From the NCBI GenBank assembly GCA_046045965.1, contig JBJOKS010000015.1, positions 1 through 64,000 of the forward strand: a stretch of DNA of 64,000 nucleotides, written 5' to 3'. Shown piece by piece: positions 62,128-64,000 of this stretch (position 1 is its first letter; the number at the start of each line of letters is the position of its first letter). The position numbers and the translations under genes were made by a program. The DNA comes from Cyanobacteriota bacterium. Lineage in GTDB: Bacteria; Cyanobacteriota; Cyanobacteriia; Cyanobacteriales; Nostocaceae. Under the pieces are notes generated by a model that had not been told where the DNA came from, did not search any database, and saw nothing but the letters and a program-made list of their open reading frames with translations.

Positions 62128-64000
62128 ATGAAACTCCAATTTGTTAAACAGCACAGTGCAGAAGACTGTGGTGCAGCTTGTTTAGCTGCGATCGCTAAAT
62201 ATTACGGTCATACATTTACCCTCACCCGCATTCGTGAAGCCGTCGGAACTGGACAAACTGGAACTACATTATTAGGCTTAAGAAGAGGTGCAGAAAGCCT
62301 TGGTTTTAAAGCTAACCCAGTCAAAACATCACCAGAAGTTCTTGACAGAATGAACGAAGCACCCTTACCAGCAATTATTCACTGGAAAGGAAATCATTGG
62401 GTTGTTTTATACGGTAAAAAAGGCAAAAATTATCTGATTGCAGATCCCGCAGTCGGGGTGCGATATCTTTCTAAAAAAGACTTAATTGATGGTTGGAAAG
62501 ATTGGTTAATTCTCTTACTAGAACCAGACCCCATCCGCTTTTTTGAACAAGAAAGTGATAAAACTGGAGGTTTTTGGCGTTTCTTTAGACGAGTTTGGAT
62601 TTATCGCGCTATTTTAGTCCAAGCTTTACCTCTCAATTTAGTCTTGGGTTTACTATCTTTAGCTTCTCCTTTTTTACTGCAAATTCTCACCGACGATGTG
62701 CTAGTTAGAGGTGACACCAAATTACTCACTACTGTAGCTATTTCTGTAGTAGTAATGAATTTTGTTTCTAATAGCCTTTCATTTGTTCAATCTAACTTAA
62801 TTGCTCATTTTGCTCAACGCCTACAATTAGGGTTAGTTTTAGATTTTGGTCGGCAAATTCTCCGCTTACCTTTAAGTTATTACGAAGCTCGACGTAGTGG
62901 TGAAATCGTTAGCCGCTTGCAAGATATTCAGCAAATTAATCAATTAGTTACCAAATTAGTCGTTAGTCTACCCAGCCGATTTTTTATAGCCTTAATTTCT
63001 CTGGGTTTCATGCTTTTTTATAGTTGGAAGCTGACCACAGTAGCTTTAATCATTTCTGCGGTAATGACCTTATCTACTATTGTCTTTCAGCCGACTTTAC
63101 AACGAAAAACTCGTGAGCTTTTAGTACAAGATGCAGAAAATCAAGGTGTTTTAGTTGAAACATTTAAAGGTGCATTAACCCTCAAAACAACTACAGCAGC
63201 ACCACAGTTTTGGGATGAATTAGAAAGCCGTTTTGGTCGTCTGGCTAATCTCACATATCGAACCATGCAAATTGGCATTATTAATAATACCTTTTCTGGT
63301 TTTGTTTCTGGTATTGGTGGAGTTATTTTACTGTGGTTTGGTGGCTATTTAGTGATTGAACCGACTGAAAATCTCAGCATCGGAAAGTTACTTGCATTTA
63401 ACTCAATGAACGGTAACTTCTTGGGTTTAATTGGTACTATCATCAGCTTTGTGGAAGAATTTACGCGTGCGAAAACTTCTGTACAACGTCTGACAGAAGT
63501 TATTGATGCTACTCCAGAAAATGAAGGAGATGGTAAAAAGCCTTTTGCTAAAATTCCCGAAAATGCTGACATTTGTTGTACAAACATTAACTTTCATTAT
63601 GCAGGTAGAATTGACCTTTTAGAAGATTTTTCTTTAACAATTCCCGGTGGTCAAGTTGTGGCTTTAATTGGTAAATCTGGATGTGGTAAAAGTAGCCTTG
63701 CTAAATTAATAGCTGGATTATATACTCTCCAATCTGGAAATATCCGCATTGGACTTTATAACCTCACAGACCTTTCTCTAGAAAGTCTACGTCAACAGGT
63801 AGTTCTTGTTCCTCAAGACGCTCATTTTTGGAGTCGTTCTATTGTTGAAAATTTCCGTTTAGGAGCGCCCTACGTCACATTTGAGCAAATTGTCAGAGCT
63901 TGTCAAATTTCTGGTGCTGATGAATTTATCAGTAAACTTCCAGAAAAATATCAAACTATTTTAGGTGAATTTGGGGCTAATATTTCTGGTGGTCAACGTC
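62128..64000 (+). CDS. C39 peptidase-containing ABC transporter (PCAT), 3' end outside the window
   Basis: ATG 62128 gives MKLQFVKQHSAEDCGAACL; HWKGNHWVV and ADP; TM domain; Walker A GKSGCGKS; ISGGQR at the window edge. Absent from the ORF track because there is no stop. Confidence 0.93.
   Translation, partial: MKLQFVKQHSAEDCGAACLAAIAKYYGHTFTLTRIREAVGTGQTGTTLLGLRRGAESLGFKANPVKTSPEVLDRMNEAPLPAIIHWKGNHWVVLYGKKGKNYLIADPAVGVRYLSKKDLIDGWKDWLILLLEPDPIRFFEQESDKTGGFWRFFRRVWIYRAILVQALPLNLVLGLLSLASPFLLQILTDDVLVRGDTKLLTTVAISVVVMNFVSNSLSFVQSNLIAHFAQRLQLGLVLDFGRQILRLPLSYYEARRSGEIVSRLQDIQQINQLVTKLVVSLPSRFFIALISLGFMLFYSWKLTTVALIISAVMTLSTIVFQPTLQRKTRELLVQDAENQGVLVETFKGALTLKTTTAAPQFWDELESRFGRLANLTYRTMQIGIINNTFSGFVSGIGGVILLWFGGYLVIEPTENLSIGKLLAFNSMNGNFLGLIGTIISFVEEFTRAKTSVQRLTEVIDATPENEGDGKKPFAKIPENADICCTNINFHYAGRIDLLEDFSLTIPGGQVVALIGKSGCGKSSLAKLIAGLYTLQSGNIRIGLYNLTDLSLESLRQQVVLVPQDAHFWSRSIVENFRLGAPYVTFEQIVRACQISGADEFISKLPEKYQTILGEFGANISGGQR

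Noticed and set aside
63345..63587. Antisense ORF inside the PCAT gene, and other short antisense/overlapping ORFs in the track
   Set aside because: They are shadows of well-supported genes and have no motifs of their own.

Overview
AT-rich chromosomal window from a heterocyst-forming cyanobacterium (Nostocales; Anabaena/Dolichospermum/Sphaerospermopsis-like), judged from apcE-apcA-apcB-apcC, many HIP1 (GCGATCGC) sites and heptameric STRR repeats. Core genes: apcEABC, ftsW, chlM, a phylloquinone cluster (menF, menA, menC, menE, DHNA-CoA thioesterase), hpsU with two GT2 genes, and cobU. Accessory content: three toxin-antitoxin pairs (vapBC-like; DUF433/DUF5615, frameshifted; MNT/HEPN), orphan immunity genes, a FecR + CHASE2 cyclase module, and an OvoA-like sulfoxide synthase + EgtD ergothioneine locus followed by MscS x2, a B12-type radical SAM gene, DUF427 and a MurL-like gene. 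Also present are a TcmP/DUF5131 pair, a Shango-like trio split by a Ser/Thr kinase, and a solo TnpB element with an in-frame hairpin insertion. Best candidate for an undescribed system: a split RiPP pathway. An APH-type kinase + HopA1-like lyase pair (class V LanK/LanY architecture, 44.2-46.5 kb) lies ~14 kb from three Cys-free, Ser/Thr-rich double-glycine precursors and a C39 peptidase ABC exporter (60.6-64 kb, running off the window). Family calls come from motif recognition by eye; no database searches were run.
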